From: an uncultured Gammaproteobacteria bacterium
GTDB lineage: Bacteria; Patescibacteriota; Microgenomatia; 2-02-FULL-39-11
Direction of reading: 5' to 3'
DNA length: 64,000 nucleotides
NCBI GenBank assembly: GCA_964354025.1
Contig: CAYGXQ010000004.1
Location: 10,239-74,238 of the forward strand
Numbering within the stretch: the first letter of the stretch is position 1; the number at the start of each line of letters is the position of its first letter. The translations under genes were made by a program, and so were the position numbers. The notes under the pieces were generated by a model. The model saw nothing but the letters and a program-made list of their open reading frames with translations. It was not told the origin of the DNA and searched no databases. Shown here piece by piece: positions 47,156 to 56,362 of this stretch.

Positions 47156-48556
47156 ATGGTTAATATGATTAACCAAATTCCGGAAAGCACCAAAAGATTC
47201 CTGAGTTTGCAGAATCCGTGGTTTTCCGCGCCGGTTGAGATTATCAAGGAGGATGAAAAGCTTAAAGAGCTGGACAGTCAGCATTTCCAATGGCAGCCGG
47301 AAATTCTGGATGAAATTTCATACCAGCCGGGCGTGTTTGTTCTGCGCGGTCCCCGCCAGGTAGGCAAAACTACTGTTGTCAAATTATTGATTAAAAAGTT
47401 ATTGCTTGAAAAAAAAGTACCTCCAAGTTCTGTTTTTTATTATTCCTGCGAGGATCTGCAGAATTTTCAGGATTTAAACAACCTGATTTTCAGTTTTTTT
47501 GATCTGGCCGGTTCATTGCCGGCGGGTAAAAGATATATTTTTCTGGATGAGATTTCCTTTGTCAGGGAATGGCAAAGAAGCATTAAGTCATTCGTGGAAA
47601 GCGCGGGGGGGAAGAATATTTTTTTCTTTTTAACAGGTTCTTCTACTATTGACCTTGAATTTTCAGGTGAAAGATTACCGGGCAGGAGGGGAGCCTACAC
47701 CAGAGATTATTTATTTTTACCCCTGACTTTTGGAGAATTTGTGAAATTAACCTCACCGGAACTGTTTCCACCCGAAGAAAAGAAACAATTATTGATTTTG
47801 CCGAAATTGCGCGCCAAACTTCATCAATATCTTCTGACCGGCGGTTTTCCGAAAGCGATCAACAATTACTTCAAAAACAGAAACATTTCGCAGTCTATTT
47901 ATGAACTTTATATTTCCTGGGTGTTGGGCGATATCCATAAATTGAATAAATCGGATAAGTTTTTAAATAATTTACTGGCCGTATTGCAAAAACATGAGTC
48001 TTCGACGTTTTCGTACCAGTCTTTAGCCAGAGAAAGCGGCATTATTTCCCATCTGACGGTCCAGGATTATTTGGCGGTATTAGAAAAAATGTTTGTCCTT
48101 TTTCCGATTGACGCTTTTTCCATTGCCGAGAAAAAACCGTCTTATAAAAAAAATCATAAGAATTATTTTTATGATCCTTTCATCAAAAATTGCCTGAATG
48201 CCAGCGCCTTTGGTTTAACGGAGAATATCGCCAACTATATTAATGATCAAAAAGAAGAAGAGGATTACTGGTCAAAAAACGCGGAGAATTTGGTCGCTTC
48301 GCACCTTAAACGGGACAGTGCCCAATTATACTGGGGATCAATAGGCGAGAGGGAAGTGGATTTCGTCGTTTTCAAAGACGGAAGTTACAGTTATTTTGAG
48401 GTTAAACAGAGCGCGAGAGTCGAATTTGAAGATTTTTCATATTTTTTCACCGCGATGCCAAACAGCCGCCTGACAGTGATTTCCAAGAATGACTTTTGGG
48501 AAAAGAAAAATCTGAAAGTTATCCCTTTGGAACTGTTTCTTCTGAAAAAATTTTAA
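47156..48556 (+). CDS. COG1373-type AAA+ ATPase (second paralog)
   Basis: GPRQVGKTTV Walker A, then YIFLDEISF. Same architecture as the gene at 40806-41939. Confidence 0.65.
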   Translation: MVNMINQIPESTKRFLSLQNPWFSAPVEIIKEDEKLKELDSQHFQWQPEILDEISYQPGVFVLRGPRQVGKTTVVKLLIKKLLLEKKVPPSSVFYYSCEDLQNFQDLNNLIFSFFDLAGSLPAGKRYIFLDEISFVREWQRSIKSFVESAGGKNIFFFLTGSSTIDLEFSGERLPGRRGAYTRDYLFLPLTFGEFVKLTSPELFPPEEKKQLLILPKLRAKLHQYLLTGGFPKAINNYFKNRNISQSIYELYISWVLGDIHKLNKSDKFLNNLLAVLQKHESSTFSYQSLARESGIISHLTVQDYLAVLEKMFVLFPIDAFSIAEKKPSYKKNHKNYFYDPFIKNCLNASAFGLTENIANYINDQKEEEDYWSKNAENLVASHLKRDSAQLYWGSIGEREVDFVVFKDGSYSYFEVKQSARVEFEDFSYFFTAMPNSRLTVISKNDFWEKKNLKVIPLELFLLKKF

Positions 48557-48747
48557 GATAATTTTATGCAAGTAAGCTACGAGAGTAATCGTCCTGTTAA
48601 AATCAAACGAATTTGGTATTATCTGCAGTAAAAATATTGCAAGCGGCAAATTTTAAGATAAAAATCAAACCACGCAAAGAAGTAAACAATCTCGGATTAC
48701 TCTATGCGGTAAGATCAGATAAATAACAACTGGTATATTATTTTTCA

Positions 48748-49545
48748 ATGAAAAATATAGAGTACTTTTTTAAAGAATATTTCAAAAACAGGCCTCTTTT
48801 TCTCTCTTTGATCCGTGCTAAAGAGGCGTTTTTATATCAGAAATATTTGCCATTTAAAAGCCCAATTCTGGATATAGGTTGTGGCGACGGGTTCTTCGCA
48901 AAAACTGTATTAGGTCAGCAATGGAGCAAGGGAATAATTGCTGTAGGTTTGGATATTGCCGATAGCCGGATAGAGGAGGCGAGGGGTTTAGGAATGTATA
49001 AGAAACTGGTTATCTATGATGGTTTGAAGATGCCTTTTGCGAATAGATCCTTTAATACGGTCGTTTCCAATTGCGTGTTGGAACATATACCCGATTTGGA
49101 CGGGACTTTAAAAGAAATTTACAGAGTACTTAAACCCGGAGGACTGTTTATCACCACAGTCATGGCCAAACCATGGGAAGAAAATTTATTTGGAAGCATG
49201 ATCTTGGGTAAATGGTATAAGGATTGGATGAGAAAAAAACAGGTTCATCTTAACCTCTTTACAAGACAAAGTTGGGATCAGGCGTTCAGGCGAGCAGGAT
49301 TTAGAATTAGTTCTACGGTTGGTTATCTTTCCCCATCAGCCTGTAAATTAATTGATCTGTGTCATTATTTATCGTTGCCGAGCCTGATTACATATAAAAT
49401 ATCCGGTAAGTGGGTATTATGGCCAAAAATCAGTGAAAAGATCTACCCGATTGATTATTTAGTGAAAATTATTAACGAGAAAGTCAATACTGATAAATCA
49501 GGAGCCATATTTTATGTCTTAAATAAAAAAAATGTTAAACAATAA
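48748..49545 (+). CDS. class I SAM-dependent methyltransferase
   Basis: ILDIGCGDGFF (motif I) and VVSNCVLEHIPD (motif II/III), Methyltransf_11-like. Confidence 0.7.
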   Translation: MKNIEYFFKEYFKNRPLFLSLIRAKEAFLYQKYLPFKSPILDIGCGDGFFAKTVLGQQWSKGIIAVGLDIADSRIEEARGLGMYKKLVIYDGLKMPFANRSFNTVVSNCVLEHIPDLDGTLKEIYRVLKPGGLFITTVMAKPWEENLFGSMILGKWYKDWMRKKQVHLNLFTRQSWDQAFRRAGFRISSTVGYLSPSACKLIDLCHYLSLPSLITYKISGKWVLWPKISEKIYPIDYLVKIINEKVNTDKSGAIFYVLNKKNVKQ

Positions 49546-49684
49546 ATAAGAGCTTTTTATAGCTAGTCCTAGTCTTTTGGAATCATGGAGAAAATGAAAG
49601 GAAATCTGTCTTATACAAGAGTGAAATAATTTTATTATCCTTCAAGAACTATTGCTTTTCGGGCAGTGGAATATCAATAAAGCC

Positions 49685-51355
49685 TTAATTGGCAAACAAA
49701 CTATAACCTTTTGAAATATTGATTATCTTGCCGTTCGGATCCAGCTGTTGGAATTTATCGTTAAAATCTTCAGGAAAGATGATCGCGTAAACATATTTTT
49801 CATTAGGATTAAAAGTAGTTATAAACCCGTCATGATAGCCTGTGGTAATAGACTTAGCATTTTTTCCCTGTGAAAAATAATAGACTTTATCAAAGCCAAA
49901 TCCGGGATACGCAGCCACATAAATATGTCTTCCAGGGAAGTTTTTATTTATATAGTCGGAGATCATAACGCTTTCATTATAGCTTTCTTTTTCTACTGAT
50001 TTTAGGAAATATTTTTCATTATTGAAACAATAAATTAATAGAAAAATGATGATTAAGCCATATCCCAGAATTTTAAAATTCTTAGTCAGTTTAAAAAGGG
50101 TAGCAAACGGCAGAGCGCAGATAACAGATATAAAAGGGAAAGCCAAAGTTAACCGGTGATAGCCGGGGGGTGGAACGGCTAAGATCACTGTCGCAAGGGA
50201 AAGAAAAATGGTTAAAAACAAGACAAAAATAATCAGATTGTTGAAAAGCATGGTTGAGCCGATGAGCAAACCCAATATAAAGAGAATAAGCGTGAATTTA
50301 TCAAAAATCGCCTGATGGGCAAAGTCAAATCCGCCTGCGCCCCCGATATCGTTTTGATAGAAGGATTTTAAGGTATTCAGGGCGTTTTCTTTCAGGGGTA
50401 TCAGCGGACTTTCGCCTTTTTGGATTCGTTCCCGGGCTCCCGACCAGGATCCGGTTAGAAGAGAGACTTGGTTGGTGCGGGAAGTGAAATAATTATCGAA
50501 ACGGAAGGCGTAAGTTAAAAACGGACCTAAAACCACCAAAAAACCAATTAAGGCCCAAGCAAAATTTTTTATAACAGTTGATTTCTTATATTTCAAAAAC
50601 TGAAAAAAATAGACGATTGCCATTACCGGTAAAGCGATAAATGAAGTCATATAAAATAAATAACAAAAACCACAGGAAATTCCTGTCAGAACCGAGGAGA
50701 AATCGTTTCTTTTGCCTATTCCGTAAATCAAGGCGGCAATAAAGAGACAATAAATTGCAGTCCCGCTGATAAAAATCAATCCTAAAGTATCGAAGTACAA
50801 ACTGATGGCTAAAAACCCATAAAGGATTACGGCGATTAAAGCTATTTTCTTCGGGATGGATTTACCGGCAATATAAAAAAGGGCCGCGGAAACGATCAAT
50901 ATATAAGGTATAACCGACAATTTAACCGTAAGCAGATTTTCCCCAAAGATTAGAAAAAAGAATTTTTGCAACGCAAAAAACGGAGCAGGAAATTGAGATT
51001 GCCATTGAGTCTTATCACTGGGAATCCCGGAGAAAAAGATTATTTTTGAGAAATTTTCGGTGGCGGAAAAATAAGCGGTAAGCATGTCATCTCCATGGAT
51101 CCGGTTCAGATTGAAATTGACGATACGGACAATAGATGGCAGGAGAATAATCAGGAAAATAAGCAAATATTTTTTATTCACAAACCCGGATGGCAGTTTT
51201 AACGCATTTTTCTTACCGGTTAGAACACCCAGCGGTAAAATAACAATGGAGAGAATCCACCAGTATATTAAAACAGGAGAATATTTGCCGGTACTGACAG
51301 CAAAACTTATGCAGAGAGTAATAATAATTGATAACAGATAGATGATTATTTTCAT
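49685..51355 (-). CDS. GT-C-fold polytopic membrane protein (PMT/ArnT-like glycosyltransferase), paralog A
   Basis: 556 aa, ~12 TM, a periplasmic-loop RIHGDD motif and a C-terminal soluble domain. It has a tandem duplicate whose 3' ~270 bp are near-identical. Confidence 0.45.
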   Translation of the reverse strand: MKIIIYLLSIIITLCISFAVSTGKYSPVLIYWWILSIVILPLGVLTGKKNALKLPSGFVNKKYLLIFLIILLPSIVRIVNFNLNRIHGDDMLTAYFSATENFSKIIFFSGIPSDKTQWQSQFPAPFFALQKFFFLIFGENLLTVKLSVIPYILIVSAALFYIAGKSIPKKIALIAVILYGFLAISLYFDTLGLIFISGTAIYCLFIAALIYGIGKRNDFSSVLTGISCGFCYLFYMTSFIALPVMAIVYFFQFLKYKKSTVIKNFAWALIGFLVVLGPFLTYAFRFDNYFTSRTNQVSLLTGSWSGARERIQKGESPLIPLKENALNTLKSFYQNDIGGAGGFDFAHQAIFDKFTLILFILGLLIGSTMLFNNLIIFVLFLTIFLSLATVILAVPPPGYHRLTLAFPFISVICALPFATLFKLTKNFKILGYGLIIIFLLIYCFNNEKYFLKSVEKESYNESVMISDYINKNFPGRHIYVAAYPGFGFDKVYYFSQGKNAKSITTGYHDGFITTFNPNEKYVYAIIFPEDFNDKFQQLDPNGKIINISKGYSLFAN

Positions 51356-51368
51356 TTATGAGATACTA

Positions 51369-53036
51369 TTAATTCACGAACAAACTATAACCTTTTGAGA
51401 TATTGATTATTTTGCCGTTTGGATCCAGCTGTTGGAATTTATCGTTAAAATCTTCAGGAAAGATGATCGCGTAAACATATTTTTCATTAGGATTAAAAGT
51501 AGTTATAAACCCGTCATGATAGCCTGTGGTAATAGACTTAGCATTTTTTCCCTGTGAAAAATAATAGACTTTATCAAAGCCAAATCCGGGATAGGAGGCC
51601 ACATAGATATTTCTGCCGGGGAAGTTTTTATTGATATAGTCGGAGATCCTCAGACTTTCATGATATTCTTCACCTTTTATTGATTTCAAAAAATACTGCT
51701 GATTAAAGTACATATAGATAAATATAAAGATCACACAAACGATGTATCTTATTAGTCTATTTGTCTTATTGAGTGACAGCAAAATATAGAAGGGAATCGA
51801 AAGGATCATGGATAAGAATGGGAAAGATAGGGAAAGCCGGTGGTAGGCCGGTGGAGGAGTGGAGAAGACCATCGCGCTAAAACAAAAAAGAATAGTCAGA
51901 TAAATAAAAAGTACTTCGAAATTGGTAAAGATGAGAAATATTCCGATTATTGCTCCAGCAATAAATAGGTATAGAGAATATTTTTCAAAAAAAGCCAGAT
52001 GGCCGAAGTCATAGCCGCCGTGACCGCCAATACCATCTTGATAAAATGATTTGAGAGAAATAGTTAAACTTTCCTTAATTTCGTTGAGAGTACTGCTTTC
52101 ACCGCGGGCGATTTTATCTTTGATACCAGACCAGGAGCCGGAAAGTAGAGAGACTTGACTGGTGCGGGAAAAGAAATAATTATTGTATTTCAAAGCATAA
52201 GTAAGATAAGGCGACAGAACAATGAGGAAAGTCACGATGGCCAGGCCGAAATTTCCTATCACGGACAGTTTTCTCACGTTAATCAGTTGAAGAAAATACA
52301 AAATCAGCATCAGGGGAAAAGCGATAAAAGAAGTGTTATAAAAAAGATAACAAAAGCCGCAAAATAGTCCCGTCAACACGGAATAAACCGGTCTGTTTTT
52401 TTTCCACTGAAGAATCGCAAAGTAGAAGAAAATCATAAATGGTGCCGTACTGCTGACAAAATGCAATCCTAAAGTTTCATGGTACAGACTGATTGGTAGG
52501 AAAGCGTAAAGAATAACCGTGATGATAGCGGTTTTAGCATTAAAGATTTCCCGTATAATCAGAAATAGCATGAGGGAGATAATCAGTACATACGGGATTA
52601 CCGATAATTTTACGCTCAAGACGCCTTCTCCGAAACAAAGGAAAAATATTTTTTGCAGGGCAAAAAACATCGTCGGAAATTGGGCAACCCATTGTCCTTT
52701 ATCTGAAGGAATGCCTGAGAAAAAGTTTATTTTTGCGAAATTTTCGGTGGCGGAAAAATAAGCGGTGATAAGATCATCTCCATGGATACGACTGAGATTA
52801 TAGTTGGTTATCCTGATAATTGAAGGCAACAGAATTGCCAGGATAATGATGAGATTTTTTATCGAAAAGCGGATTTTGATATGGAAACTTTTTTTCTGAT
52901 ACAAAACCGAAGCAAGGATGAAAATGATTGACAATATCCACCAATAAATAAGAACCGGAGTATATTGATTCCGGAAAACCATCAGGTTGATATAAATACT
53001 GATTAGGATGGAAATAAAGAAAAAAATAATTTGCAT
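51369..53036 (-). CDS. GT-C-fold polytopic membrane protein, paralog B
   Basis: 555 aa, collinear with 49685-51355. Same RIHGDD motif and an identical C-terminal 85 aa. Confidence 0.45.
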   Translation of the reverse strand: MQIIFFFISILISIYINLMVFRNQYTPVLIYWWILSIIFILASVLYQKKSFHIKIRFSIKNLIIILAILLPSIIRITNYNLSRIHGDDLITAYFSATENFAKINFFSGIPSDKGQWVAQFPTMFFALQKIFFLCFGEGVLSVKLSVIPYVLIISLMLFLIIREIFNAKTAIITVILYAFLPISLYHETLGLHFVSSTAPFMIFFYFAILQWKKNRPVYSVLTGLFCGFCYLFYNTSFIAFPLMLILYFLQLINVRKLSVIGNFGLAIVTFLIVLSPYLTYALKYNNYFFSRTSQVSLLSGSWSGIKDKIARGESSTLNEIKESLTISLKSFYQDGIGGHGGYDFGHLAFFEKYSLYLFIAGAIIGIFLIFTNFEVLFIYLTILFCFSAMVFSTPPPAYHRLSLSFPFLSMILSIPFYILLSLNKTNRLIRYIVCVIFIFIYMYFNQQYFLKSIKGEEYHESLRISDYINKNFPGRNIYVASYPGFGFDKVYYFSQGKNAKSITTGYHDGFITTFNPNEKYVYAIIFPEDFNDKFQQLDPNGKIINISKGYSLFVN

Positions 53037-53517
53037 GAAATCAGTTGAATTTATTAATTAACAGCATCTTAATTGTCCTCTAGGAGTTTCTGACTATTAA
53101 TATTAGATTAATATAAAAATCCAAATAAATAAAGGGGGATGGTTTTTTATTCCCGATGAGGATACCTTATCAATATGGTCAGGAATGGGGATAGTCTATT
53201 CCTATTTTCCAGACATTCTTTTCTAAAAAAGCCTCGATAGTTTGTCTGTTTGCTTTATTGATAAGGTTTGAATGAGAAAGTTTACTGGTTTTTGCGTAGT
53301 CGGCAAGAGTAATAATCCTTTTGCCTTCCAAATATGCTAATCGCTTATGATAGCTATTGGTAAGCGCTTTTCCTACTATTTCTTCCATAACGGCAGATAT
53401 ACCTTTCTTCACGATTTTGTCAATATAACCGTGAAAAATAGGTATAATTTGTTACTTATTCACGATTTTGGCTATAATTCTCTTAATATTTACTAAAAAA
53501 GTTTGACTCCAGTCAAG

Positions 53518-54222
53518 TTATTTATGCCTGATCAGCGTCTTTACCGCTCCCCAGGCATCTCTGACGGTCAGTTTTTTGCCGGACAGATGGGAGCGGCCCC
53601 GGTATGAAATGGGGACTTCCACGATCGGGACTTTTGCCTTGACCAATTTTGCGGTGATTTCCGGTTCGATTTCAAACCGGTTTCCGGTGAGGTGAACTTT
53701 TTTCAAAAAAGACGAAGGTAATAGTTTATACCCGGTTTCCATGTCGGTAAGTTTGGTTTGGTAAAACAAATTTGTCAAAAAAGTCAGCAGTTTATTACCC
53801 CAAAGGTAAAGTCGGGGTATGACGGCATTGTTACTTAGAAAACGGGAGCCGTAGACGGCAATATTAGTCTTTAGTCGTTGGTCTTTAGTCTTTGGCGATA
53901 ATATTGGTTTTAAGAGCTGGGGAATTTCGTCAGGGTTGTATTCCAGATCGGCGTCCTGGATAAGGATATAGTCGCCGCTGGCCGCTTTTATCCCGGTTCG
54001 CACAGCCGTTCCCTTTCCCCGATTTTTCTTATGAGTAATGATCTTTAAATTCTTAATTCTTAATTCATAATTCTTAATTCTATTTCCCGTTCCGTCGGTT
54101 GATCCGTCATCCACCACAATAATTTCTTTCCGGCAGGGGAGTTTGACCCGGGAAACCTTATCCAAAACGGTAGAGATGGTTTTCTCTTCGTTGTAAACGG
54201 GAATAATGATTGACAGTTTCAT
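53518..54222 (-). CDS. GT2-family polyprenyl-phosphate sugar synthase (DPM1-like)
   Basis: IIIPVYNEE…VVDDGSTDGT…IQDADL (DxD) of GT2/GT-A. Contains in-frame taattct and tagtctt repeat tracts. Confidence 0.75.
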   Translation of the reverse strand: MKLSIIIPVYNEEKTISTVLDKVSRVKLPCRKEIIVVDDGSTDGTGNRIKNYELRIKNLKIITHKKNRGKGTAVRTGIKAASGDYILIQDADLEYNPDEIPQLLKPILSPKTKDQRLKTNIAVYGSRFLSNNAVIPRLYLWGNKLLTFLTNLFYQTKLTDMETGYKLLPSSFLKKVHLTGNRFEIEPEITAKLVKAKVPIVEVPISYRGRSHLSGKKLTVRDAWGAVKTLIRHK

Positions 54223-54248
54223 AATATTTAAGAGCCTGTTTGAGAAGC

Positions 54249-54346
54249 GTCATTGCGAGGCCGCAGCCGAAGCAATCCCGTGATACTATAGTAATTCCAA
54301 CAGGATCGCCACGTTCTCCGCCAGCTGGCGGATCGCTCGCGATGAC
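54249..54346. repeat. palindromic dispersed element, copy C, intergenic
   Basis: GTCATTGCGAGGCCGCAGCCGAAGCAATCCCGTGATACTATAGTAATTCCAACAGGATCGCCACGTTCTCCGCCAGCTGGCGGATCGCTCGCGATGAC. Confidence 0.7.
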
Positions 54347-54413
54347 ATTTTTTTGACTTTTCAAACAGGTTCTAACGCGATATTTTTGATATTTGCACTT
54401 TGATTTTGAAGTG

Positions 54414-56348
54414 TCATAAAGTAACAGAAAGAACTTTAAGATAATCTATAGTCTTGACCTTTTTGAAGATAATTACCTTCGGGTGGTCGTAGACGGTAAA
54501 AGTCTCATCAGCATAATCATCCACAAAACTGATGCCTGTTTGGTTGCATTCCTGCGTTTTCAGAGCTACTATTCCGTATCTGACGAAGGGAGGGGTAAGA
54601 CATAATTTAATTCCAGGTATGGGCAGATTCGGGCGGGAAGTAAATTCAGCCACTTTTTCAAAGCCCAAAGATCCATCAAATAACGCATTGTAATATTTAA
54701 TGGTAATCGGATATTTCTGGGGATAGGTCATGGTGGATCCATAAAGCCGGTTGCTGGTTAAGATCACGTAATCGGTTTTTTCCAAATCAGCGGAGATTTT
54801 TCTCCATTTTTCTTCGTTATCCGGCCAGTACAAGGGAAACTGCACTTTTTGATATTGTTCATGGATGTAATTTCCAAGACTCACGGGGAGGCCGTCGTCC
54901 CATTCTTCGCTTGAGACGGTTACGCCTGCCGGTAAGTTTTTGAATATCCAATATGAAGCCTCTACTCTTGAATTTAATCTTGAATAAATCGTAACAAAGG
55001 ATAGGGGATATACAATTATTAATAACCCAATTACCAAATAACCCAATAATCCAATTTTATATTTATTGATGATTCGGACAACAAAATATCCGGAAAGAAT
55101 AGCTAGAAAAGGATAGATCGGGAAGAAATATCGGAGAGCCTTGACGAATTGCCCGCCTTGGTAAATGAATAATATGAGGATCCAAAGAGTCGATAAAAAG
55201 AGTATAAAGTGGGAAGTATTAAGTATTTGGGATAATTTTTTCTTCTGAAATAGTAAACGTATTATACATAATACTTGATACATAATACTTAATACCGCGA
55301 GTATTCCCAGAGGTATTCCTAAGCCCCAAAACAACATATTTTTCAAAGGAAAAAGGTAAGGTTTAGTGGTAATCCATTGAACCGCGGGAGGGAATCCGCC
55401 GGTTGTATCGTCAAAAGATTTTAGCTCTTTCCAATTTTGCAGAATTTTTGGGTTTAAAGAGAAAGTGATCAGAGCAGAGTTGGAGAAAAGATACGGTTGA
55501 GCCAGACGGACGGTGAAATAGGAAGAAACAAAGAACATAAAACATATAACAAAAAACAAAAAAAGATTTCTATTCTTAATCAAAAAGAATAATAGACTCA
55601 GTCCGATGATTGGGAGAAATAAGACGGCGGTGATTTTCGAGGCAATGGCCAGACCAAACGCAATTCCCAGGAGAGTTGTAAGTTTTAAGTTGCAGGTTAT
55701 AAGTTTATTACCTTTTTGAGTGTTAGAGATTATTTTGATGAGAAGATAAAAAGATAGAGCGATGAAAAAAGTCAGATAGGTTTCCACGGCGAAGAAATGG
55801 GAGAGTTGGATAGGAAGGACCGACGCCGCATAGAAGAACATCGCCAATAATGGAAAAATCCAATTTTTTGGTAATGTCATTCCGAGTCCGCCAGCTGGCG
55901 GATCCGAGGAATCTTCCAACGATGGAAGATCCCTCCACGCGTCCCGATCTGATCGGGACTTGGTCGGGATGACGCTTTTTGCGATGAGCAAAACGAGAAT
56001 CACCGTTCCCAGATCGAAAAAGCCTGAAAGCGACCTTCCGATAAGCGTCAGGTTTCCGTAATCTCCTTTCCCAAGGCCTTCAGCCACCCATTTGGTGAAA
56101 AAGATGGGGAAGGTGCCGTAGACGAAAAAGCCGTAGCCGCGGTTATGAGGATTGAGGGGAGAAGTGGCAGTATCAAGATATTCCGTCAGATTCTTTGGCC
56201 AGGCGATACCGTTGGCCACCATGGTCAAAAACCTTTCGTCAGGATGAAGGTGCTGGTCCTGGTCCCAGTTGACGCCGTAGAGGCGGAAGAATGAGGCTAA
56301 AAATAAAATTCCTAAAGCTACTATTATTATTTTATATTTTTCTCTCAT
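54414..56348 (-). CDS. GT-C-fold membrane glycosyltransferase-like protein (with in-frame repeat-element insertion)
   Basis: 644 aa, polytopic, with an N-terminal loop HLHPDERF. It shares a C-terminal …LGFEKVAEF…TFTVYDHP… with 56363-58375. Residues SRSDRDAWRDLPSLEDSSDPPAGGLGMT are encoded by a 98-bp palindromic element. Confidence 0.45.
   Translation of the reverse strand: MREKYKIIIVALGILFLASFFRLYGVNWDQDQHLHPDERFLTMVANGIAWPKNLTEYLDTATSPLNPHNRGYGFFVYGTFPIFFTKWVAEGLGKGDYGNLTLIGRSLSGFFDLGTVILVLLIAKSVIPTKSRSDRDAWRDLPSLEDSSDPPAGGLGMTLPKNWIFPLLAMFFYAASVLPIQLSHFFAVETYLTFFIALSFYLLIKIISNTQKGNKLITCNLKLTTLLGIAFGLAIASKITAVLFLPIIGLSLLFFLIKNRNLFLFFVICFMFFVSSYFTVRLAQPYLFSNSALITFSLNPKILQNWKELKSFDDTTGGFPPAVQWITTKPYLFPLKNMLFWGLGIPLGILAVLSIMYQVLCIIRLLFQKKKLSQILNTSHFILFLSTLWILILFIYQGGQFVKALRYFFPIYPFLAILSGYFVVRIINKYKIGLLGYLVIGLLIIVYPLSFVTIYSRLNSRVEASYWIFKNLPAGVTVSSEEWDDGLPVSLGNYIHEQYQKVQFPLYWPDNEEKWRKISADLEKTDYVILTSNRLYGSTMTYPQKYPITIKYYNALFDGSLGFEKVAEFTSRPNLPIPGIKLCLTPPFVRYGIVALKTQECNQTGISFVDDYADETFTVYDHPKVIIFKKVKTIDYLKVLSVTL
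55876..55973. repeat. palindromic dispersed element, copy D (variant), in-frame inside the GT-C CDS 54414-56348
   Basis: GTCATTCCGAGTCCGCCAGCTGGCGGATCCGAGGAATCTTCCAACGATGGAAGATCCCTCCACGCGTCCCGATCTGATCGGGACTTGGTCGGGATGAC. Confidence 0.6.
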
Positions 56349-56362
56349 ACTTTATCAGTTTA

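Noticed and set aside
54158-54364. 68-aa ORF (…VIASDPPAGGERGDP…)
   Set aside because: It is a straight translation of palindromic element copy C in the GT2/GT-C intergenic region, with no independent coding evidence.
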